Assembly (NCBI GenBank): GCA_017452475.1
Contig: JAFTMJ010000002.1
Location: 19,367 to 83,366 of the forward strand
Length of the DNA stretch: 64,000 bases
Direction of reading: 5' to 3'
DNA from: Clostridia bacterium
GTDB taxonomy: Bacteria; Bacillota; Clostridia; Oscillospirales; CAG-272
The notes under the pieces were generated by a model, which saw only the letters and a list, made by a program, of their open reading frames with translations, ran no database searches and was not told where the DNA came from. Positions 30,061 through 38,222 of this stretch are shown here, piece after piece (the stretch's first letter is position 1; every line of letters starts with the position of its first letter). A program made the position numbers and the translations under genes.

Positions 30061-31381
30061 GCTCTCTCATTTTTTCTATTATTTCTTTAAAATTCAGTGC
30101 ATTGCTGGCTTTTACCAAAAGAACTGTCTCTTTATTGATAACTTTATATATCTCTTCTCCCGCCTCAATATTAGACGAAAAATATATTCCCTTGCCATAC
30201 CCTTTGATATATTCTTTTGCTAATTCACCGCGCACATAAAGGTCGCTTATCGCCTTATCCTTACATAGCTCCCCAATTTTTCTGTGCAATCTTACCCCAT
30301 CATCACCAAGCTCTAACATATCTCCCAAAAGTAAAATCAGGCGCTTTCCCCTTGTATAGGCATAACCTATTGCATTTAGTATTGCTCCCTCCATGCTTTC
30401 ATACGAGGCATTATAGCAATCACATATTATCTCGCAACCGTTTATAACCGTTATTTCTCCGCGCAATTGACTTTTTTTATACTCTTTTAGCCCTTTTTTA
30501 ATTTTTTCGTCCTCTAAACCAAATATTTTTCCTACCGCAAAGGCATAAACAGCATTTAAAACATCGTGGTGAAAAATGCTGTTAATCATAACATTCGTGC
30601 ATTTACCTATATTGAACGAAATGGTGCCGCTTTCTTGCTTTATTTCCGTAGGAAAATAATCTCCCCTATCTCCTACAAAGACCCCTTTTATTCCCTTTTC
30701 GAATGATGCTTTTCTAAATCTTTCCTCACTTGGCAAAACGGCGGTTTCTTTTACAAAATCAAGCATTTCCGTTTTCGCCTTAAAAATATTTTCATAGCTT
30801 CCCAGCAAGCCGAGATGAGCGCTGCCACAGTTTGTGATGACGCCAATGTCAGGCTCTGTAATTTTAGATAAATATGCTATTTCGTTCAGTCCCCTCATTC
30901 CCATTTCAACAACGCAAATTTCAGCGTTATTTTTCTCCAAAAGAGTAAGAGGTACGCCTATTTCATTATTTTGATTTTCTTTTGTACTGTATACCGAGTA
31001 TTTTTGCTTTAAAACCGCTGCTATCATATCCTTTACTGTGGTTTTTCCGGCACTGCCCGTAACACCAACCACCTTAGTTTTTCCCTTGTGTGCATTTGCC
31101 AAGAGCCCAAGCGCCCTTGTTGTGTCCTCAACATAAATTATAGGAGCATCGCATTCGATTTTTTGGTCAGAAACTATTAGCTTTGCACCGTTATTAATAG
31201 CCTCATTTACAAAGCTAATCCCTTTGTATTTTTTACCGTTAATGGCAATAAAACAGTGCCCGCTTTTGCTCGTTTCCTTTGAATTAACGGAAATAGCCGT
31301 TATTATTCCATTATCACCAAAAAGCTTACCATTTATGGCGCTTGCAAAGCCCTCGAATGAATACTTTAATCCATTAATCAC
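30041..31381 (-). CDS. murF: UDP-N-acetylmuramoyl-tripeptide--D-alanyl-D-alanine ligase
   Basis: 446 aa with the Mur ligase P-loop GVTGSAGKTT. It lies between murE and mraY. Confidence 0.9.
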   Translation of the reverse strand: MINGLKYSFEGFASAINGKLFGDNGIITAISVNSKETSKSGHCFIAINGKKYKGISFVNEAINNGAKLIVSDQKIECDAPIIYVEDTTRALGLLANAHKGKTKVVGVTGSAGKTTVKDMIAAVLKQKYSVYSTKENQNNEIGVPLTLLEKNNAEICVVEMGMRGLNEIAYLSKITEPDIGVITNCGSAHLGLLGSYENIFKAKTEMLDFVKETAVLPSEERFRKASFEKGIKGVFVGDRGDYFPTEIKQESGTISFNIGKCTNVMINSIFHHDVLNAVYAFAVGKIFGLEDEKIKKGLKEYKKSQLRGEITVINGCEIICDCYNASYESMEGAILNAIGYAYTRGKRLILLLGDMLELGDDGVRLHRKIGELCKDKAISDLYVRGELAKEYIKGYGKGIYFSSNIEAGEEIYKVINKETVLLVKASNALNFKEIIEKMRELENEEF

Positions 31382-32843
31382 TCTTTAATACCTCGTCAAG
31401 TATTTCCCACTCACTAAAATGGCGCTTTTCCTGCCCAATAATTTCGTACTCCTCGTGCCCCTTTCCCAAAAGAAGCAACGCATATTTATCATTCATATAC
31501 TTAACAGCCGCCTTTATCGCATCTTTACGGTTAGGTATAACTGCAAAGCTTTTGTTTTTGTCCACGCCCTTTACGATATCCGCTAAAATATCATTTAATT
31601 TCTCTGTCCTTGGGTTGTCTGCGGTTACAATTGTAAAGTCAGCGAGATTGGAGCTTATTTTTCCCATTTCTGCCCTCTTGCTTCTATCTCTGTCCCCACC
31701 GCAACCGAATAGCACAATTATTTTTTTATCTTTTTCTATTTCCTTTACCGCTTTAATTATGCTTTCCGTAGCATAGGGTGTGTGGGCATAATCAATGTAA
31801 ATCGGATAATTCTTATACCTTTCCATCCTGCCCTTGATTTTTGTAAGATTTCTTATTCCGGCTATAATACTTTCTTTGTTTATGCCCAATGCTACCCCGC
31901 ATGCCAATGCCAAAAGGCTATTGTAAACTGTAAATTTTCCGGGTATAGCACTACTGATTTTAGCTAAACCGCCCTCAAGCACCGCCTCATATTCACATCC
32001 TTGAGCAGATACCGTCACATTTTTTGCACAAATATCACCGCTTGCCAAAACAGATGTCGAAGCAGATTTATGCTTATATGTTTCATATAACCTTTTTCCA
32101 TATTCATCATCAATATTTATTATTCCCTTCTTGCACATCTTAAGCAGCTTTTCTTTTGCGCAAAAGTAATCCTCCATATTTCCGTGATAGTCCAAATGCT
32201 CCGAGGTTAGGTTAGAAAATGCGCCGATATCTATGTTAATTCCATCAAGCCTGTGTTGCTCCAAGGCGTGGGAGGATGCCTCAATTACCGCAACCTTTAC
32301 ACCATTTTCTTTCATTTTATTATATATTAAATATAAAATTTCAGGATCAGGCGTTGTCATTGCGGGACAAAGATCACAAACGGCGCACTCGTTTTTTATG
32401 TCAACTCTTTCGCCGTTTATCATTATATCAACGGTTGAAATCAAGCCGCAGGGGATTTTCGCCTCTTGCAAAATGCTGTACAAAAAATATGCACTTGAGG
32501 TTTTTCCGTTTGTTCCTGTTATTGCAACCGTTATTATCCCCTGTGACGGATTACCGTAATAGCTCGCCCAAAGCTTTGCTAAGGCTTCCCTTGTGCTTTC
32601 AACCAACACATAGGGTATTTTTTCATTGCATACATTAGCATCTTCGGTAAAAATCACTGTTGCGCCTTGCTTTATTGCTTCATAAATATAATCGTTTCCA
32701 TCCCTTTTCGTGCCCTTCAAAGCAACAAAGCATGTATTGTCTTTTACTTTTCTGTGGTCACTTGCTATAAACTCTATTTTAGTATCCTCTTTTACAGAGG
32801 TTTTTATAATTTTTATTCCCTTTGTTATATCTTTTAAACGCAT
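31374..32843 (-). CDS. murE: UDP-N-acetylmuramoyl-L-alanyl-D-glutamate--2,6-diaminopimelate (or lysine) ligase
   Basis: 489 aa with TGTNGKTS, DYAHTP and a C-terminal DNPR motif. Confidence 0.9.
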   Translation of the reverse strand: MRLKDITKGIKIIKTSVKEDTKIEFIASDHRKVKDNTCFVALKGTKRDGNDYIYEAIKQGATVIFTEDANVCNEKIPYVLVESTREALAKLWASYYGNPSQGIITVAITGTNGKTSSAYFLYSILQEAKIPCGLISTVDIMINGERVDIKNECAVCDLCPAMTTPDPEILYLIYNKMKENGVKVAVIEASSHALEQHRLDGINIDIGAFSNLTSEHLDYHGNMEDYFCAKEKLLKMCKKGIINIDDEYGKRLYETYKHKSASTSVLASGDICAKNVTVSAQGCEYEAVLEGGLAKISSAIPGKFTVYNSLLALACGVALGINKESIIAGIRNLTKIKGRMERYKNYPIYIDYAHTPYATESIIKAVKEIEKDKKIIVLFGCGGDRDRSKRAEMGKISSNLADFTIVTADNPRTEKLNDILADIVKGVDKNKSFAVIPNRKDAIKAAVKYMNDKYALLLLGKGHEEYEIIGQEKRHFSEWEILDEVLKSD

Positions 32844-32847
32844 AATT

Positions 32848-35079
32848 CTAATCCTTATGGTCAGTAAACAGTACTTTTATGGTAATAACCGTGCCCTTCG
32901 GCAGTGGTGTGCCCTCACTGTAGCTTTGCGAAACTACCGTTACCCCCTGACCGAGCTTATAATTTGTGGCACCCTCTATTCTCACATTAAATCCGCATTT
33001 GCTTAAAAGGATATTTGCCTCCTCTGCAGTTTTACCCACCACATTTGGCACAACACCTGTATTTTGCATTTCTTTTTCTGTATATAAAATTACCTTTCCT
33101 GTTTTTTTATATATTTCAGTGCCGCCAATGGGCATTTGACTGCAAACGATGCCTCCGTCGCCCACAATTTCAAATTCTACATTATCATTTTCCAAAATCT
33201 TAGTTGCCTCGTCCAAAGCGTATCCTTTAAGGCTTTGGACAGTGTATTTTTCAAAATTTTCGTCCTTTTCGGTATATTCCGCCTTTATGCCCAAATAAGG
33301 CAAAATCAGCTCCAGCAGGCTTGAAACATAGGGTGCCGCCACCACGCTGCCGTATTTACTTCCTATGCTTGGCTCATCCACAAGTATAATAACCGCAACC
33401 TGAGCATCCTCCGTGGGTGCATAGGCTATACAGGAGGAAACTCGGTAGGAGGTATTACCGTTCTCATCCAGCTTATCCTTTTTTTCAGAGGTTCCTGTCT
33501 TTGCTGCAACGCTGTATCCCGCTACATAGGCATTTTTTGCTCCTCCTTCGCCGTCAACACCCTCCTTAAGTATTTGTGAAATGGTTTTTGAAACCGATGT
33601 GCTTATAATTTGTTCACCCTGCTCTATGCTTGCCTCATATATAGTATTACCGTTATTATCAATAATCTCCTTCAAAAAATGCGGGGTTACCAAGTATCCA
33701 CCGTTTGCAACGGCACTTACCGCCCTCAATTGCTGAATAGCCGTGGTTTTGAAGGTTTGCCCAAAGGAATATACTGCCAATGAAACATTAGAAAAGTCAT
33801 CATAGCTATGGTAATACCCGTTCGCCTCAGAGGGCAAATCAATACCTGTTTTTACGGTGTAACCAAATCTTTTGAAGTACTGATAAAACTTTTCTCTGCC
33901 AATACTAAAGGCAAGCTTCATCATTGACGGGTTGCAGGATTGCTGCAGTGCCTCTGCAAAGGTTATTGTTCCGTGTCCTGTCCTTTTGTGGCAGCTGATT
34001 GCTCTATAAAATCCGTCAACCTTTAAAGAGCCTGTGCAGGTAAACATACTGTTTAGACTCGATGCATTTTCCTGCAAAGCAACCGAAGTAGTCACGAGCT
34101 TAAAGGTTGAGCCCGGCTCATATAGCTCAGTTACCGCCTTGTTATTCCACATGCTGAAAAGTAGGTTTAAATATTCATTTCTATATTCTTTACTGTTTGG
34201 TACAAACGCGTTAAGCTTCTCTTGTGACAGGCTATCAAGGGTATACGGCTCATTTAAGTCAAAGGAGGGATATGTTGCCATTGCGTAGATTTCGCCTGTT
34301 TTAGGATTCATTACAATGCCTGATGCGCGGTTTTGCGCTCCCGATTCAATGGAGGCTGCCTTTAGCTGTGCCTCTAACTGATATTGAATATATAAATCAA
34401 TGGTGGAAACCACATTATAGCCGTTTTCATCCTCAATATACTGCTCGTACTGAAACGGCATATCCCCACCCTGGGCATTTTGCGCCGTTATATACTTACC
34501 GTTAGTGCCCTCGAGAATGTTATTATATGTCTTTTCTAAGCCGTAAATCCCCACACCGTCTGCGTTTACAAAGCCAATAGAATGGGATGCAAGACTTGAA
34601 AATGGATAGTATCTTTTTGTGCTTGCGCTTAACTGAATTTGCTCCTCTAAATCGTTTTCATCAATGAAAGCGCGGATTTTTTTTGATAATTCCTCATTTA
34701 TATCCGTATCAATAACTTGATATTTATATCCCGTTTTTTTGGTTTTTTCTAAGACCTTGTCATAGCTTATGCCTAAAATTTCGGATATGCCCTTTGAAAC
34801 AAGCTCGTTATCCTTTATGTTTTTTGGATTTACATAAACAGTCCATACGGTTTGGTTTGATGCTAAAACCGTACCGTTTCTATCGTAAATAACTCCCCTT
34901 TGAGGATTTACATTAGTTTCCACGGTTAACTGCTCCAAAACCTCGCTTTGATAGTCATCAAACCCTAAAATTTGCAGTTTAAACAGCTCAATAGCTATAG
35001 TAACTCCCACCAAAGCAAAGGCAATTAGTATAATTAGGCTTCTTTTAATTATTTTTCCGTTTAATCTCATTTTCTCCAC
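32848..35079 (-). CDS. Class B penicillin-binding protein (PBP2B/SpoVD/FtsI type) with two C-terminal PASTA domains
   Basis: 743 aa with an N-terminal TM and transpeptidase motifs STFK, SCN (SxN) and KTGT. Two PASTA-like modules sit at the C-terminus. The alternative ATG at 35070 is also plausible. Confidence 0.9.
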   Translation of the reverse strand: MEKMRLNGKIIKRSLIILIAFALVGVTIAIELFKLQILGFDDYQSEVLEQLTVETNVNPQRGVIYDRNGTVLASNQTVWTVYVNPKNIKDNELVSKGISEILGISYDKVLEKTKKTGYKYQVIDTDINEELSKKIRAFIDENDLEEQIQLSASTKRYYPFSSLASHSIGFVNADGVGIYGLEKTYNNILEGTNGKYITAQNAQGGDMPFQYEQYIEDENGYNVVSTIDLYIQYQLEAQLKAASIESGAQNRASGIVMNPKTGEIYAMATYPSFDLNEPYTLDSLSQEKLNAFVPNSKEYRNEYLNLLFSMWNNKAVTELYEPGSTFKLVTTSVALQENASSLNSMFTCTGSLKVDGFYRAISCHKRTGHGTITFAEALQQSCNPSMMKLAFSIGREKFYQYFKRFGYTVKTGIDLPSEANGYYHSYDDFSNVSLAVYSFGQTFKTTAIQQLRAVSAVANGGYLVTPHFLKEIIDNNGNTIYEASIEQGEQIISTSVSKTISQILKEGVDGEGGAKNAYVAGYSVAAKTGTSEKKDKLDENGNTSYRVSSCIAYAPTEDAQVAVIILVDEPSIGSKYGSVVAAPYVSSLLELILPYLGIKAEYTEKDENFEKYTVQSLKGYALDEATKILENDNVEFEIVGDGGIVCSQMPIGGTEIYKKTGKVILYTEKEMQNTGVVPNVVGKTAEEANILLSKCGFNVRIEGATNYKLGQGVTVVSQSYSEGTPLPKGTVITIKVLFTDHKD

Positions 35080-35131
35080 CCATTACAGTACTTTACGATA
35101 AATTATATTTTTTTAAGATTAAACTTATGAT

Positions 35132-35162
35132 AAAAAAAGCCCCGGCACGATTGTGCCGAGGC
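35132..35162 (-). terminator. Strong intrinsic terminator inside the dcw cluster
   Basis: Minus-strand RNA reads GCCUCGGCAC-AAUC-GUGCCGGGGC followed by U7. The 10-bp GC-rich stem has one G-U pair. Confidence 0.8.
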
Positions 35163-35179
35163 GAAATTAAGCTATTTAA

Positions 35180-35470
35180 TTAAAGTCCACCGAAGCCTGA
35201 TGTCATCACCAACATCATCATTGTAAGAATAAGGGTGATAACAACAGATGCGATGGGAAGATCCTTTATAGAAAAGCTCTCGTTAGCCTTAGAATCCTCT
35301 ACCTCATTTGATGCGGTATCATTGAGGTTTACATATGTTGTGTCCAGATCCTTTTTCTTATTCTTTTTATTTTCTTTTCTCTTTTCATTAACATTATAGA
35401 AAGACTTATCCTTCTTGTTCTTTATTTTAGTTTCCTTATTTTCATAGCTTCTTATTGTAGTTCCGTACAT
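35180..35470 (-). CDS. Small Lys/Asn-rich tail-anchored membrane protein in the ftsL position
   Basis: 96 aa. A roughly 70-aa highly charged N-terminal region is followed by one TM (IASVVITLILTMMMLVMTSGF) only 3 residues from the C-terminus. SD GGAGAG lies 7 nt upstream of the ATG. No extracytoplasmic coiled-coil domain is present. Confidence 0.6.
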   Translation of the reverse strand: MYGTTIRSYENKETKIKNKKDKSFYNVNEKRKENKKNKKKDLDTTYVNLNDTASNEVEDSKANESFSIKDLPIASVVITLILTMMMLVMTSGFGGL

Positions 35471-35491
35471 AATTTTACTCTCCCATCTGAA

Positions 35492-36436
35492 TTACAGCTT
35501 TTCTGCAATTCTTAATTTTGCACATTTAGAACGTGAATTTTCGTTAAGCTCCTTCTCGCTTGCTGTTATCGGCTTTTTGTTTACCGCCATCAGCTTTGGC
35601 TTATTTCCACATACACACACAGGAAAATCCTTAGGACAAATACAGCCCTGTGCATATTTATTAAAAGTACTCTTTACTATTCTATCCTCTAAAGAATGGA
35701 ATGTCATAATAACTATTCTTCCACCCTTGTTTAGCTTTGCAACCGCTGCCTCGATTGCGGGGTTTATTACCTCAAGCTCATGGTTTACTTCTATCCTTAT
35801 AGCTTGGAATGTCCTTTTAGCAGGATGCTGTGCTTCCTTTCTTGCCGCCGCTACAGGGATAGCGCTTTTTATTATTTCAGCAAGATGAAGCGTTGTTTTT
35901 ATTGGAGATTTCTCTCTTTCACTCACAATTCTCTTAGCAACGAGATGTGCGAACTTTTCTTCACCGTAATCTTTAATAATTCTTTTAAGGTCAAACTCGG
36001 AATAAGTATTAACAACATCGTATGCTGAGAAAGGGGAGCACGGGTTCATTCGCATATCAAGCTCTGCGTCACTATTATACGAGAACCCGCGCACGGGGGT
36101 GTCAAGCTGATGAGACGAGACACCTAAATCCATAAGAACTCCGTCTATATGGACAATATTTAACTGATTAAGTATTTGGCCAAGCTCAGAAAAGTTATTT
36201 TTAACTATTATTGAGCGTTCGCCGTATTTTTCAAATCTTTCAGTACATGTTGCAATTGCCGCATCGTCCTGGTCGATTGAGATTAGCTTTCCTGTTGTCA
36301 GCCTCTTGAGTATCTCCTCAGAGTGTCCGCCACCGCCTGCGGTGCAATCAACATAAACACCGTCGGGCTTTATGTCAAGACCCTCAATGCACTCATTAAG
36401 CATTACAGAATAGTGTGAAAATTCCATTTTAACCAC
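35492..36436 (-). CDS. rsmH: 16S rRNA (cytosine1402-N4)-methyltransferase
   Basis: 314 aa with [23 protein letters not shown] and [10 protein letters not shown]. Confidence 0.95.
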   Translation of the reverse strand: MVKMEFSHYSVMLNECIEGLDIKPDGVYVDCTAGGGGHSEEILKRLTTGKLISIDQDDAAIATCTERFEKYGERSIIVKNNFSELGQILNQLNIVHIDGVLMDLGVSSHQLDTPVRGFSYNSDAELDMRMNPCSPFSAYDVVNTYSEFDLKRIIKDYGEEKFAHLVAKRIVSEREKSPIKTTLHLAEIIKSAIPVAAARKEAQHPAKRTFQAIRIEVNHELEVINPAIEAAVAKLNKGGRIVIMTFHSLEDRIVKSTFNKYAQGCICPKDFPVCVCGNKPKLMAVNKKPITASEKELNENSRSKCAKLRIAEKL

Positions 36437-36437
36437 C

Positions 36438-36875
36438 TTAGAGCTTCATTTGAATCATAAGCTTTTTGATATTATCCATATCAACATTTTTCTTTTTGTC
36501 CTCAAATCCTTCAACCGCCCAAATTTCAAGGTGCGTTCCAACGCCGAGAATTGCTAAGTTCTTAACAACCGAATCCTTATCAACCTTTAGCTTTTCCTTC
36601 AAGAAATTAGGGATCACAATTCTTCCTTGTGAATCAATTTGAACATCTACGGTATTCGAGTAAACTTCACGGATATAATCCTCAAACTCTGTAGGTGGGA
36701 ATGTTGCAAGCTTTTCCTCATACCTTTGCCACTCCTCGTTGGAGTAAACTAAAATACATTTGTTAAAGCCATTGTGACTTAGCTTAAATGAATCTCCAAG
36801 AGCATCCTTGTACTTTGCGGGTACAAACACTCTATTTTTGCTATCAATAGTATGCTCATAACGACCGTAAAGCAT
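36438..36875 (-). CDS. mraZ: Transcriptional regulator MraZ (start corrected to the internal ATG)
   Basis: [22 protein letters not shown] matches the MraZ N-terminus, and a second SpoVT/AbrB-like repeat (DSQGRIVIP) is present. SD AAAGGAGAG lies 7 nt upstream of the ATG at 36875. The 26-codon track extension covers the operator repeats. Confidence 0.9.
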   Translation of the reverse strand: MLYGRYEHTIDSKNRVFVPAKYKDALGDSFKLSHNGFNKCILVYSNEEWQRYEEKLATFPPTEFEDYIREVYSNTVDVQIDSQGRIVIPNFLKEKLKVDKDSVVKNLAILGVGTHLEIWAVEGFEDKKKNVDMDNIKKLMIQMKL

Positions 36876-36894
36876 AATTTTCTCTCCTTTCGCT

Positions 36895-36932
36895 CCACTT
36901 TCCTCCGTAAAAGCTCCACTTTCCACCACTTT
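36895..36932 (-). promoter_or_regulatory. Three phased AAAGTGG direct repeats (candidate MraZ operator)
   Basis: On the gene strand, AAAGTGG occurs at 36932..36926, 36922..36916 and 36901..36895, giving spacings of 10 and 21 nt. Two copies sit in an identical 12-mer GGAAAGTGGAGC. The repeats lie between the -10 box and the SD. Confidence 0.5.
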
Positions 36933-36941
36933 TATGTACTC

Positions 36942-36970
36942 ATTATATAACAATACTTTCCAAATTGCAA
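36942..36970 (-). promoter_or_regulatory. Sigma-A-type promoter of the dcw cluster (Pmra)
   Basis: Minus strand has TTGCAA (36970..36965), a 17-nt spacer, then TATAAT (36947..36942). A very AT-rich UP-like tract lies upstream. Confidence 0.65.
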
Positions 36971-37040
36971 TAGTTTTTCGAAAATTTTTTGAATTTTTTT
37001 AATATTTTTTATAAAAGGCTCATAAAATGGTATTTTGAGC

Positions 37041-37070
37041 AAAAAAAATAAGCGCCTTTTGTGGGCGCTT
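37041..37070 (-). terminator. Second intrinsic terminator downstream of coaD
   Basis: Minus strand reads AAGCGCC-CACAAA-AGGCGCTT followed by ATTTTTTTT. Confidence 0.7.
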
Positions 37071-37120
37071 TGCAATTATTAATTTTTTGTTAATTTCCCA
37101 TTTTCGGGCTGAAAACCCAC

Positions 37121-37153
37121 AAAAAAGCAGAAAAAGTGGGGATTTTCCCCACT
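37121..37153 (-). terminator. Intrinsic terminator after coaD
   Basis: Minus strand reads AGTGGGGA-AAA-TCCCCACT followed by TTTTCTGCTTTTTT. Confidence 0.7.
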
Positions 37154-37164
37154 CAATCTATTAT

Positions 37165-37650
37165 TTAGCCTTGGTTTTTCAAAAAAAACTCTTTAGCCTC
37201 ATCCGCTATCTCCACGGGAAGCAAATCCGATACATCCTCGCCCTGCTTTAGCCTGTCTCTCACCGCAGTTGAGCTGATTTTTGAAAATGCATCACCGCAT
37301 TTTATTATTTCTGTTTCAAAGTTGGTGTCAAAGCTACTCATCCTTTGGGCTAAGTTTTTTTCATAAACCATATCCTGCTCATCTCTTACGCCGCGGATAA
37401 TGTGTGTTATACCCATTTTGTGCATATAGTCAGCTGTTAATCCGCTGTATGCATCTGCAATTGCGTTTTTATATCCGCTTATTGCCATTTCAATAAGCCG
37501 CTTCTTTTGTTCAAGGGTAAACATATATTCCTTTGCCTCATTCACAAGGGCAACCACATATACGGTGTCATACCTTTCACAGGCATATTTAATAAGCTCC
37601 ATATGACCCAAGGTAATAGGGTCAAAGCTCCCTGTTACAATAGCCTTCAT
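37165..37650 (-). CDS. coaD: Phosphopantetheine adenylyltransferase
   Basis: 161 aa with the nucleotidyltransferase motif AIVTGSFDPITLGHMELI and ISSTAVR. Confidence 0.95.
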   Translation of the reverse strand: MKAIVTGSFDPITLGHMELIKYACERYDTVYVVALVNEAKEYMFTLEQKKRLIEMAISGYKNAIADAYSGLTADYMHKMGITHIIRGVRDEQDMVYEKNLAQRMSSFDTNFETEIIKCGDAFSKISSTAVRDRLKQGEDVSDLLPVEIADEAKEFFLKNQG

Positions 37651-37651
37651 T

Positions 37652-38215
37652 TTAAGCCTCCACAGGTCTTAACACTGTTACATAGGAAATAGAATACCTT
37701 GCCTGCTTTTGAATAATAAAGCTTGATTTCAATTCCTCATTGCCCTTAAAAATATCCTCTTCTCCGCTTTCGCAAATCACAAATGCGTTTTTGGACATAA
37801 CATTGCCCTCAATTAGCTTTTTAAGCACATCATCAATGCAGCGGCTCTTGTATGGTGGGTCTATAAAAATTATATCATACTGCTCCTTGCCTGCAATTCC
37901 CTTCACCATTTGCTCCCAGGAGCAGGTGGAAATTCGGCATTTGTCGAAAAGCTTTGATTTTTTCGCATTTCGCATTACAATATCTACCGCATCACGGGAC
38001 GAGTCGCAAAAGGTTGCCTTCTTAGCGCCGCGACTTAGCGCTTCCAAGCCAAGCTGACCGCTACCCGCAAATAAATCAAGCACACACGCGCCCTCAATAT
38101 CAAACTGTATCATTGAAAAAATTGCTTCCTTAACTCTTTGTGAGGTCGGTCTTGTCGCCTCCCCCTCAAGTGTTTCCAAATTCATTCCCTTAGCAATTCC
38201 TGTTATAATTTTCAT
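37652..38215 (-). CDS. rsmD: 16S rRNA (guanine966-N2)-methyltransferase
   Basis: 187 aa with VLDLFAGSGQLGLEALSRGA and FIDPPY. The rsmD-coaD pairing is conserved. Confidence 0.9.
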   Translation of the reverse strand: MKIITGIAKGMNLETLEGEATRPTSQRVKEAIFSMIQFDIEGACVLDLFAGSGQLGLEALSRGAKKATFCDSSRDAVDIVMRNAKKSKLFDKCRISTCSWEQMVKGIAGKEQYDIIFIDPPYKSRCIDDVLKKLIEGNVMSKNAFVICESGEEDIFKGNEELKSSFIIQKQARYSISYVTVLRPVEA

Positions 38216-38222
38216 ATCTACC

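Noticed and set aside
36876-36953. 26-codon N-terminal extension of mraZ in the ORF track
   Set aside because: The extension covers the SD and the AAAGTGG repeat array. The MraZ-like sequence begins at the internal ATG at 36875, which has a proper SD.
37135-37153. AAGTGGGG motif as a fourth MraZ box
   Set aside because: It forms one arm of the coaD terminator hairpin about 200 nt upstream of Pmra, so the resemblance is most simply coincidental.
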